Below, in pieces: positions 53,369 through 64,000 of a DNA stretch of 64,000 nt. The notes beneath the pieces were generated by a model. It made no database searches. It was not told the DNA's origin and saw only the letters and a list, made by a program, of their open reading frames with translations. Positions within the stretch are counted from its first letter, which is position 1, and the number at the start of each line of letters is the position of its first letter. The stretch comes from Octopus vulgaris. Its lineage: Eukaryota. A program made the position numbers and the translations under genes. The stretch spans positions 21,576,001 to 21,640,000 of the forward strand of contig OX597825.1 in the NCBI GenBank assembly GCA_951406725.2, given 5' to 3'.

Positions 53369-54966
53369 TATAGAATTTCCCATAAGAATCAACGGCTGAT
53401 TCAGCAAAATGGTAATGTGAACATTATTTATACACATACATACACACACGCACATATATACACAAACATGATTGCGCATGTCTGTCTAGGTTTATATGTG
53501 TCTATGTATATGAGCTTTTGTGTGTATGTACATGTGTGTGTATATATGTATATGAGCTTCTTTGCCTATTTGTGTATTTTCGTCTATCCATTATGCTGTG
53601 TATGAATTTCATTGTAGTCATATAGAAGTGTGTGTCTGTGAGTTTATGAATGTGTTTTTGCGAGCTAATGTCTGTACACCTATTTATTTGTTTTTGTGCT
53701 TCTGGGAGTGAGTAAATTAAATTTAAAGAGATAATAAAACAAACTTCAAGTATGTTATATTTGTCTGGAGTCAACCTCTCTTGATATTATTACAAAATTT
53801 GGTTTTCGAATTACTCCTTATTTAAAATTTATATATTATTTGTCATTCTTCTCTTTCTGTCATATACATATAACGAAATTTTCAAGGAGATAAAAAATCA
53901 AAAGAAAATATAACCGAAACAATCAACATGGCATAGTTACTACTTTGATGAATTTTAACTTAATTAGCAATTCATTAACTCTTCAAATATCTAAACAACA
54001 GAACGCATTTTATTGTCATCTGCAGGTCCATAAACTTGTAATTTATGAAAGAGAATATTTTATTTTTATTTTTATGGATATCTCTATAGTTCTAATGTAC
54101 AAAATAACATTAATTTTATTGGCATTAATGTACATAAAACGAAATTTCTTTTTACAGTGTTCTAAAGTTAAATATATAAATTAAAATAGATAACACAGTT
54201 AACATATGAGTAATCGTTTCGTGAACCAGGGAAATCAATAAACATATAAGCTTCTATTGTAGTAAATGAGAGATGCATTCCATTGTGAATAGATTGCCAG
54301 TGTATTTTCGTATGTGCGTGCATTTATGAATTTTATAATTGCTACAACTATTAAATATGAGATATTATTCCTCCGACTTTCCCAACATGCTCAACGACGG
54401 GTAGATGCGGACGATAATTGTACATTGTCGGAAATATCTGATAGAAATAATGTGTTACAACATGATATACTGTTTAAGAAAGTGATGGATATACTTGATA
54501 CTGTAGTTTTAGAAAGCAGTAAAACGCGAATGGAATTCCTTCAACCATTTACCTCTTCGATCGGAACCGAACTCCAGTAATATCAGCTTGGCAGATTTGG
54601 GTCGGTGACATATAGCTATGTTTGTCTGTATGTCTGCTTATCTGTCTGTCCGTCTGTATGTCTGTTTATCTGTTTGTAAGTCTGTCTCTATCTGTCCTGT
54701 CTGTCACTTTGTATCACCTTCGAAACGTAGAGTAGATGAAACCATGGCGACTGAAGAAGGGTTTTTTCCTTGTGTTATTTGTCCTGTACTCTATTTTTTT
54801 GTTGTTTAAGAAAAATGTCCAGTTCCTTGGGTTTCTGTCTATGTTTTCGTTTCTCATTGTGTTCGACGTTTTTTTGGTGTCCTGTACTCATATATGCGTG
54901 TATATATACATGTAGAGGTAGGTACGTACATATATGTATATATATATGCATATGTTTTATTTATTA

Positions 54967-55028
<62 letters not shown>

Positions 55029-55046
55029 GTGTGTGTGTGTGTATGT

Positions 55047-55318
55047 GTAGAGGCGCAATGGCCGAATGGTTAGGGTAGCAGACTCGCGGTTGTAGGATCG
55101 CGGCTTCGATTCCCAGACCGGGCGTTGTGAGTGTTTATTGAGCAGGGGTGGGGGAGATCCTTGCTGTACTCATTCGCCACAACTTTCTCTCACTCTTTCT
55201 TCTGTTGGCCTTCCCGCTTAGCCAGCGGGGTGGCGTCATATGAAGGCTAAAACAATGCGAAGCGCATTGTGACCAGCGATGTGTAGCAACATCTGATAGC
55301 CTGGTCGGTCACGGTGAT
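55047..55318 (+). mobile_element. SINE group A (head 2 + deleted body 2 + tail T3)
   Basis: tRNA-like head GGCGCAATGGCCGAATGGTTAGGG; distinct tail. Confidence 0.8.
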
Positions 55319-55774
55319 ACGTGTGTATATATGCTTAAAGAAAAATGAGTCCGACAAAATAATTTTTTTGTCCGTAGGTGCACTTTTGATGAAACATTAA
55401 TTCTTCACTTTTTAAGTTCTTTATTCTCAGTCAACTCACCATGTTCTTACGAACTGATAATTCCAAGACTTGCAAATATAGATATTTGGAGGAATATGTA
55501 GTTATCCCTTAGTCACGAATTTTCCCTTCCTCGGCTTAACTTGGGGTGCATTTTCTTGTCGAAGGCTCCAGTTATGAGTAAAATAGCAAATGAATAGTCC
55601 TTTCGCTAAGTCTATCAGAACCTACGGAAATGTTGTGCTATAGATACGTACCATAGGTTCACAAAAGTGTGTGTATATGCCCAGATGATTTGCGAACCAG
55701 CCCCTCCGCCCAAATGTGAGAAAGGTCTTGAATTTCAAGGGTAAGTTCAGAAGAGCACAAGACTAACAGAATTG

Positions 55775-55965
55775 ATAGATCGCTAGCTACTACACATTCT
55801 TTATTTTCTCTCCTTGTTTCTTTCTGTGTTCCTTTCTGTGGAAGAGCGTAGGCTCGAAACATTAAAGACTTTTTCACTTCCCAAACATTAAACTAATACA
55901 TCTGTTTGTTATCTACACCACCTGTCTTCGTCTTTTGTTTTTGTTTTTTTTGTGAATTCTCCCCT
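55775..55965 (+). mobile_element. solo Neptune-type pseudo-LTR with HHR-like motif at 55832-55867
   Basis: CTTT CTGTGGA A GAGC gtag GCTC GAAAC ATT AAAG. Confidence 0.75.
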
Positions 55966-56109
55966 CAAAATAAATAAATATGCAGAAGCCAAAAGAAAAT
56001 TGTAGTTGTATTTTTTCCGAGAAAAAGAAAAATATCCCGCCAAGAATCTCGAAACTTCAGACTTTGATGTGATGGTCTTTGATCCCCGACATCTGTAGAC
56101 ATGGTACAT

Positions 56110-56149
<40 letters not shown>

Positions 56150-56599
56150 GATGAAATGGAAAAAGACTGTCGCTTTGACGGGGTGGGGGACAGGCATTGA
56201 GAGAGATGAAGAATGAGAGAAAGGAGATGATGGAGAGAGAGAGAGAGAGAGAGAGGGAGAAGGAGAGACAGAGAGAGACTAAATAACGGTGGAGCTTCAA
56301 TTGATGTGTTTTTTTTTTCAGTCACAGCATATTTGGTAATATTGGTTTCAAACTTGGCTAGCAATCTCGGAGAAGGGGGTAAGTTGATTACTTCAACTCC
56401 AGTGCTTAAATGGTCCATTTTTTTTTTTATCGAACCCAAAAGAATGAAGCGCAAAGTCGTCACTGGCAGTATTTAAACTCAGAACATAAAGTGGGAAGAA
56501 ATGTTGCTGAGCATTTTGTCCGATCCGATAACGATTGTGCCTCGTGAGTGGATTTGGTAGACGGAAACTGAAAAGAAGCCCGTCGTATATATATATATA

Positions 56600-57010
56600 T
56601 ACTCTTTAGTCTTTTACTCTTGTAATTGTTTCAGTCATTTGACTGTGGCCATGCTGGAGCACCGCCTTTAGCCGAGAAAAATCGACCCCAGGACTTAATC
56701 TTTGTAAGGATAGTACTTATTCTATCGGCCTCTTTTGCCGAACCGCTAGGTTACGGGGACGTATACACACCAGCATCGGTTGTCAAGCGATGTTAGCGGG
56801 ACAAACACAGACACACAAACACACACACATATATAAATATACATATATACGACGGGCTTCTTTCAGTTTCCGTCTACCAAATCCACACACAAGGCTTTGG
56901 TCGGCCCGAGGCTATAGTAGAAGACACTTGCCCAAGGTGCCACACAGTGGGACTGAAGCCGGAACCATGTGGTTCGTTAGCAAGCTACTTCCCACACAGC
57001 CACTCCTACG

Positions 57011-57015
<5 letters not shown>
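56600..57015 (-). mobile_element. SINE group B
   Basis: full homology to other copies. Confidence 0.9.
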
Positions 57016-57044
<29 letters not shown>

Positions 57045-57819
57045 TGTGTGTGTGCATGTGCGCGCGCTAGTGTGTGTATGTCTTTTGCTTGTCCCCTCCA
57101 CTGCTTGGCAACCGGTGTTGGTGTGTTTATGTCCCTATAACTTTGCAATTCAGCAAAAGAGTATACCGGAATAAGTACTAGGCGGTAAAAAGTAGGTGGG
57201 GTCGATTTTTTCGACTAAGTCCCTTCAAAGTAGTGCCCCAGCATGGTCGCAGTCTAATGACTGAAGCAAGTAAATGATAGAGAATAAAAAGTATATATTA
57301 AATTTTGTCCATCCATCCATCCATCCATCCATCCATCATCCACCCCTCCCTCCCTCCATCCATCCATCCATCCATCCATCCATCCATCAATCCATTCATC
57401 CATCGATCCATCCATCCATCAATCCATGCATCCCTCCATCCATCCATCCATCCATCCATTCATCTATCTGTCTCCCGCTCTCGCTCTCTCTATCTATCCA
57501 TCTATCCATTCATCCATCTATTTATCTGTCGATCGATCTAATTGTGTATTTGTGTGTGAGAGAGCGGGAAGGAGAGAGAGAGACGGAGAGAGAGAGAGAG
57601 ACGAAGGGAGAGATAGATAGATAGAGAGAGAGGGGAGAGGAGAGAGAGAGAGAGAGAGAGATAATGTTAGCATTGCAGACATCACTTAGCAATTTGTTGC
57701 TGAAAAATACGATCGTCTGCACTATTATTTCACAAAATTATTCTTTTGACGTCGAAATGATGGCATATAATGACCCTGTCTAACACGAAATCTGTCAAGG
57801 TCAGCTATTTGATCTATTG

Positions 57820-58293
57820 ATTAATTGAATGTATGAATTTCTTCGTTGGAAACATGATGGTAAAATCTGATGTTCTTGATGCTTCTTAAGGCTCTGCTTT
57901 CGAAACCGTCGGATCTGTTTGCCAGGTTTTTCGTCAGAGACCAAGATTCTTCTCCATTGCAAAGAACGAAAATGGCCGATGCGTTGTAGATGCGAGGCTT
58001 TGCATTGGTGGTGATATAAGAGGTTGTGCCAAAAGGGCTTTCACAGGGAATACATGACCCCGGCAGCCAGTCCATATATGTAGTTAATTTACGGGGTCAA
58101 TTCTCCATTGATGGTGACTGTGGAGCCCAGATAGAAGAAGGAGCTGCAAAACTCCATGACGTCGGGGTCAATGTGGAGTGTGGGAAGGTCTGAGCCATCT
58201 CCAGCATCAATCAGCTTGTGTATATGTGTGTGAGAGAACGGGAAGGTGAGAGAGACGAAGCGAGAGAGAGTGAGAGTGAGAGAGAGATTGATT

Positions 58294-58357
<64 letters not shown>

Positions 58358-58790
58358 ATGTTAGTATTGCAGAAATCACTTGAAGGTCAAGCTAATTCCT
58401 CTCGGTACATGGTCAGTGGCTCCCTGGACTGGTCGATCGAGTTGGTCAATCATGTTTCTAACGAAGAGCTGCGTGAGTACTCGCATCATCCCGCAGCCTC
58501 CAGCCCCATATCTATCCACTGCATGCGCTGGTCTGGACATATTCTTCGCTTTCCGACATATCATCCTACCAGAGCCTCACTCTCGTTCGATGCAGCTGCT
58601 ATTGGTAGGAAGAGGTCCCGTGACAGGACCCGCGCCACATGGCTGAATGCGACTAAGGAAACTCGCCAGAGGGTCGACGTCATGAAGAATGCAGAGGGGC
58701 TGGCACGGGAACAGCCAGCACTGGTGGGCCTGGTCGGCTTTATGCACGATGAAGCCACCCCCACTGAGCAGGTGTATGTAACGAGACAAG
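57820..58790. mobile_element. two RTE-like LINE fragments in opposite orientation separated by GA/GATA repeats
   Basis: minus: FFYLGSTVT, RIYNA..IFVL...ESWSLTK, DGFESRALRSI...HHVSNEEI; plus: NHVSNEELR, MRWSGHILR, KRSRDRTRATW. Confidence 0.75.
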
Positions 58791-58997
58791 ACGAGTTTCT
58801 AGGTATTGTGATCTTGGTACGTGATAGATAGATGATGCCCATCACAAAAATTAATTTTAGACTTGCTAATTACTGAGATTGTTAATGAGAGTTAATTTTT
58901 ACTGATTCTTTTAAGGCTTCTATGTGCCATTATTCTATATGTTTTTACACACACACACACACACACACATACACACACGCACATACATACACACACA

Positions 58998-59056
<59 letters not shown>

Positions 59057-59340
59057 AAGAGTATTTATTCTCTGCAACCTAGAATGCTTCAGGAGCAAAA
59101 CAAGATGGTTGCTGTTGTATACGTCATAGGAGAATAATGTTTTACTCAGCTCATCGGCACAAGATATTTTGGGAAGTCGGAACATCTTGTCGTATTTTGT
59201 CAGCCAGAAACAGCCGGAACCCTGAGCCTAAACAAAACCGCCGGCTTTGTTTATATTTTACGCGAACAAAGTCTACTGATCGCTGTTTAAATCTGTCAAC
59301 CGATAAAAACTCGTTATTTGTACAATGCAAAGCGAGATCT

Positions 59341-59665
59341 TAAAGACTCCGCCGGTTACGACGACGAGGGTCCCAGCTGATACGATCAACGGAACAGCTT
59401 GCTCGTGAAATTAACGTGCAAATGGCTGAGCATTCCACAGACACGTGTACCCTTAACGTAGTTCTCGGGGATAATCAGCGTGACACAGAGAGTGACAAGG
59501 CTGACCCTTTGAAATACAAGTACAACTCATTTTTGCCAGCTGAGTGGACTGGAGCAACGTGAAATAAAGTGTCTTGCTCAAGGACACAACGCGTCGCCGG
59601 GAATCGAACTCACAACCTTACGATCATGAGCCGAATGCCCTAACCACTAAGCCACGCGCCCTCAC
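59341..59665 (-). mobile_element. SINE group A (head 1 + CORE-like body + tail T2)
   Basis: TSD GCAAAGCGAGAT at 59327 and 59666. Confidence 0.9.
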
Positions 59666-59787
59666 GCAAAGCGAGATATGGAACAATTATTCGCATGTTT
59701 ATTCTTAACACGAATTGACACCTTCCGAAGCAAGATACGCTGGTTGCTGTAGTGTATATCATACGAGAATAACTTCTCCCTTTTACA

Positions 59788-60005
59788 TACTCTTTTTACT
59801 CTTTTTAATTGTTTCAGTCATTTGACTGGGGCCATGCTGGAGCACCGCCTTTAGTCGAGCAAATCGACCCCGGGATTTATTCTTTTTGTAAGCCCAGTAC
59901 TTATTCTATCGGTCTCTTTTTGCCGAACCGCTAGGTGACGGGGACGTAAACACATCAGCATCGGTTGTCAAGCAATGCTAGGGGGACACAGACACATACA
60001 CACAC

Positions 60006-60101
<96 letters not shown>

Positions 60102-60272
60102 GCATATATACGACGGGCTTCTTTCAGTTTCCGTCTACCAAATCCACTCACAAGGCATTGGTCGGCCCGAGGCTATAGCAGAAGACACTTGCCCAAGATG
60201 CCACGCAGTGGGACTGAACCCGGAACCATGTGGTTGGTTAGCAAGCTACTTACCTCACAGCCACTCCCGCGC
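59788..60272 (-). mobile_element. SINE group B with expanded internal (CA)n
   Basis: full homology to other copies. Confidence 0.9.
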
Positions 60273-60654
60273 CTTTTCTAATACGTAACAAGGGACAAAA
60301 TTCTCAAGAAACCTACAGACAAAAGGAAAGTAGTTTGATTCACATGCTTATACACACACGTACCAATACAGCATACGTGACACACATCTCAGGCGTTCAT
60401 GCACACAAATACACAGAGAGCAATATGCGCATACTGCATGATATACGTAAACTCATATTTTCAGATACGTATATCTATGCATGCATACCAAAGTCTACAT
60501 AAATAGAGACACGACTATATCTTCGCGAGAAACCATTCGTAAGCAATGACATACTTCTCATATGGGTTGGCGTATTATTTTCTTATACATGCTCATCCTT
60601 GTTCGCATAAGTACATACGATCTGATGAGTACGTGTACCACACCCACGTATGTG

Positions 60655-61045
60655 GGATGGATGGAAGCACTCCGTCGGTTACGACGACGAGAGTTCCGGT
60701 TGATCCGAATCAACGGAACAGCCTGCTCGTGAAATTAACGTGTAAGTGGCTGAGCACTCCACAGACACATGTACCCTTAACGTAGTTCTCGGGAATATTC
60801 AGCGTGACACAGAGAATGACAAGGCCGGCCCTTTGAAATACAGGTACAACAGAAACAGGAAGTAAGAGTGAGAGAAAGTTGTGGTGAAAGAGTACAGCAG
60901 GGATCACCACCATCCCCTGCCAGAGCCTCGTGGAGCTTTAGGTGTTTTCGCTCAATAAACACTCACAACGCCCGGTCTGGGAATCGAAACCGCGATCCTA
61001 TGACCGCGAGTCCGCTGCCCTAACCACTGGGCCATTGCGCCTCCA
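60655..61045 (-). mobile_element. SINE group A (head 2 + body 2 + tail T2)
   Basis: tail shared with 59341-59530, head shared with 49080-49203; imperfect TSD CACACC.AC.TATGT. Confidence 0.88.
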
Positions 61046-61082
61046 CACCAACTTATGTACACCTGTGTTCATGTATGGCGGG

Positions 61083-61261
61083 GAGGAGCACTGAAAAGTT
61101 CCTTGCTTTGGGTAAAAATGAAACCGAAGGTAATCAGTTAATTATGATTTTATTCAACATATTTCTTTTATAAGATTCATGCACTTATTTCAGCGGTAAA
61201 AGAACTCGGAAGTTTGGGCTTCTGCCATACCTTTTAAAGGTAGGAAATTTCAGCTCCCCGA

Positions 61262-61308
<47 letters not shown>

Positions 61309-61502
61309 TGTGTGTGTGTATCAGTTAATTAGGATCAGTTAATTATGATGTTATCGAACATATTCCCCTCTCAGATTCACACATTTATTGTACTGGTCCT
61401 TCGGGTTTTCTAAGCTATGTGAAGGAACTCGGAAGGTTTGGCCCTCCAGCCAAGCCTTTCGCGATACTTTTGAAGCCAGGAACTTTTCAGCATCCTATCG
61501 TA
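61083..61502. mobile_element. mariner-derived MITE
   Basis: CTGAAAAGTTCCTTGCTT / AAGCCAGGAACTTTTCAG inverted ends, right end ..CGTA; internal duplication. Confidence 0.6.
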
Positions 61503-61901
61503 CAATATTTCATGTAAGCGCTCACCTAGATAAAAGTATTCATTATATGTATATATATAGCATATTGTGCCAGAACTATCATGCACCATTTTTTTGCAAG
61601 AACGTTCGCACATAGAAGTGAACTCATGTATTCCCTCAGGCAACTAAGGAATCGAGACGTAAGGTATGCGATGGTGGCAATGCCATCAACAGCCACACGT
61701 CTAAGGGAAACGGAAATAAATAACTAATAATGGAATTGCAATGGTATGAATGTTGTAAAGTGCAAATAAAGATGGTGTGTCAAGGAGAAAGGAAATTACT
61801 GAAATAATACGGAAGAAGTACAGAAGGTTAAAGAGATGTACATCGGGTCTGTGGTTGTACATACATATACACATACATACATACATATACATATACATAC
61901 A

Positions 61902-61951
<50 letters not shown>

Positions 61952-62136
61952 TATATAGATATAAACATATATATGTATGTGTATATATGTGATAATACAT
62001 ACACACACACTTTGTTCGCGGAAAGCGCTAATAATCCGAATGATATGATCTGAATGATATGATATATATATGTAAAAATATGTAATATATAAATAAATAT
62101 CTATAAATATGAACCATCCGATCTGATTACCTCATT

Positions 62137-62204
<68 letters not shown>

Positions 62205-62392
62205 CATATCTATGTATATATGTATTCTTTTATGCTTTTATTTGCTTCAGTCATTTAACTCCGACCATGCCGAGCACCGCTTTTTGTCACTTATTCTTTG
62301 TATGCCTAGTACTTACTCTATCTGTGTCTTTTGCCGAAACACTAAGCTACTCACCACACAACCATTCCTGCGCCTATATATATATATATATA

Positions 62393-63485
62393 ACGGGCAT
62401 TGACATTAGAGCTAAAAGAAAGAAAAATGCTGTTAGACTCTTCTGCATCGAAATCGACTGGGAATTCCGAAACATCGCAGAATATTTGGTAAATAGCAAA
62501 CAAGACCTGCTTCAGTATTCTGTTAAGGCAGGATTTAACAAAAATCTTGAGAGAGCTCATGAATTCGGATCAAGAATAGGCAACGAGAGAGAGAAGAAAC
62601 CCTACTCCGCCTGGAATTACATGGTCAGTTCCACAGTGAAACCAACAAATTAAAAGAGCCGGAAGCATCAAAGAGGTGGCTTAACAAGGGTGACTTAAAA
62701 ACGAATACTGAAAACCTAATCATCGCTGCCCAGTACCAGGCATAAAATACTAACTCAGGGTAGAAGAATATATAAGACACAAGTGCAACAGACCTGTGCA
62801 GAATGTGTAGGAAGAGGGTCGAAAACGTGACTCATATTGTTAGTGCTCGTGAAAGTCTTGCGTGGAAAGAGTACAAGCGTAGACACCACAAGGTTGCCCC
62901 AAATCTCCACTGGCTACTGTGCCGTAAGTATGGATATTAATTTACCGACATACACCGGAAAAGTTAATGGACGAAAAGGGTGAAGCAAAAATTCTCTGGG
63001 ACTTCGACTTTCAGACAGACTAGGTATTAGAGCACCAAAGGCCGGATATAGGATCTTTGCGAGGGACAGACGAGAGTGCCTAATAATTGACGTGGCAGTG
63101 CCAGGAGATCAACATATCATCATGAAAGAAAGAGAAAAGGTTGATGAATATGGAGAACTGAGAATTGAGATCGCTATGATATAGCAGCTATAAGAGTCGA
63201 ACATAGAGGTTATATCTGTTGTCATCAGAGCATTGGATTCAATACCACCCAATCTGTAAAAAAACATCTGAAAACTTTAGAAATAGCCTACAATCTAGGT
63301 GTATTGCAAAAGTCGGCATTATTGGAACTGTACGCATATTGCGTAAAGTACTGTCTGTCTGAGGTCCTTGGTGTGACTTGACAAACAGTACAAACCCCCG
63401 GTAGATAGAATATATTCAATCAACAACATTACGATCTTGTATACTATGCGACGTCTATAACAAAAACAACTAGAACAACAACAAA
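62393..63485 (+). mobile_element. 5'-truncated R4/Dong-clade LINE (CCHC + restriction-like endonuclease), decayed
   Basis: WLNKGDLK..TENLIIAAQ, CRMCRKRVENVTHIVS, YKRRHHKVA..LHW.LC, KILWDF.FQTD, RPDI, IIDVAVP, LQKSALL; (CAA)-rich tail. Confidence 0.88.
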
Positions 63486-63489
63486 AATC

Positions 63490-63700
63490 CTTTCAACTAA
63501 AGGCACAAGGCCTGAAATTTTGTGAGTGGGGACCAACAATTACATCGACTGCATTGCGTAACTGGCATTTAATTTATCGACCCCGAGAGGATGAAAGAGC
63601 AAATTGGACCCCGGCTGCATTTGAACTCAGAACGTGGAGACACACGTAAAAGCGCTAATCATTTCACCCGGCGTGTTAACGATTATGCCAGCTCACCTCC
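63490..63700 (-). mobile_element. SINE group C
   Basis: reverse homology to 23341 copies. Confidence 0.75.
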
Positions 63701-63701
63701 T

Positions 63702-63839
<138 letters not shown>

Positions 63840-64000
63840 GATTAGCGCCAGCCTTGACAGCGGCTGGACGTGTTCCTCACTGCTCTGACAGTTCGGTGGC
63901 CGAAAGCCATAGAAACACTAATATGGGCCAGTTTAGCAACGGGGGAAAATAACTCTCAAATACTGGAACATCTACAAGACCTCGTGAGTATTTGAAATTC

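Noticed and set aside
54314-54580. Possible host exon (88-aa ORF)
   Set aside because: No recognisable domain or convincing splice sites

Overview
AT-rich, repeat-saturated eukaryotic non-coding DNA with no recognisable host gene exon. The SINE families and microsatellite load suggest a cephalopod (octopus-like) genome; this is an inference. The window holds: three tRNA-headed SINE groups in many copies; a near-complete irritans-type mariner and a deleted Tc1; several MITEs; two non-autonomous Helitrons; RTE, CR1-like and R4/Dong LINE fragments; and at least four Penelope-like element (PLE) fragments (Neptune-like and Naiad-like). It also holds many short (TA)n-embedded PLE pseudo-LTR or retrozyme-like units carrying about 18 intact or decayed type I hammerhead ribozyme (HHR) motifs, several with recurring core variants. 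The most striking observation is a retroelement-terminal RNA motif (30822-30987 minus, 19259-19402 plus, partial at 37396 and 54716). It has all hammerhead core strands in reversed order (UH strand, then GAAA strand, then CUGANGA strand). Its three helices show compensatory changes between copies and form an ABCABC pseudoknot, which is none of the type I/II/III circular permutations. All structures were read by eye, and none has been tested for cleavage.
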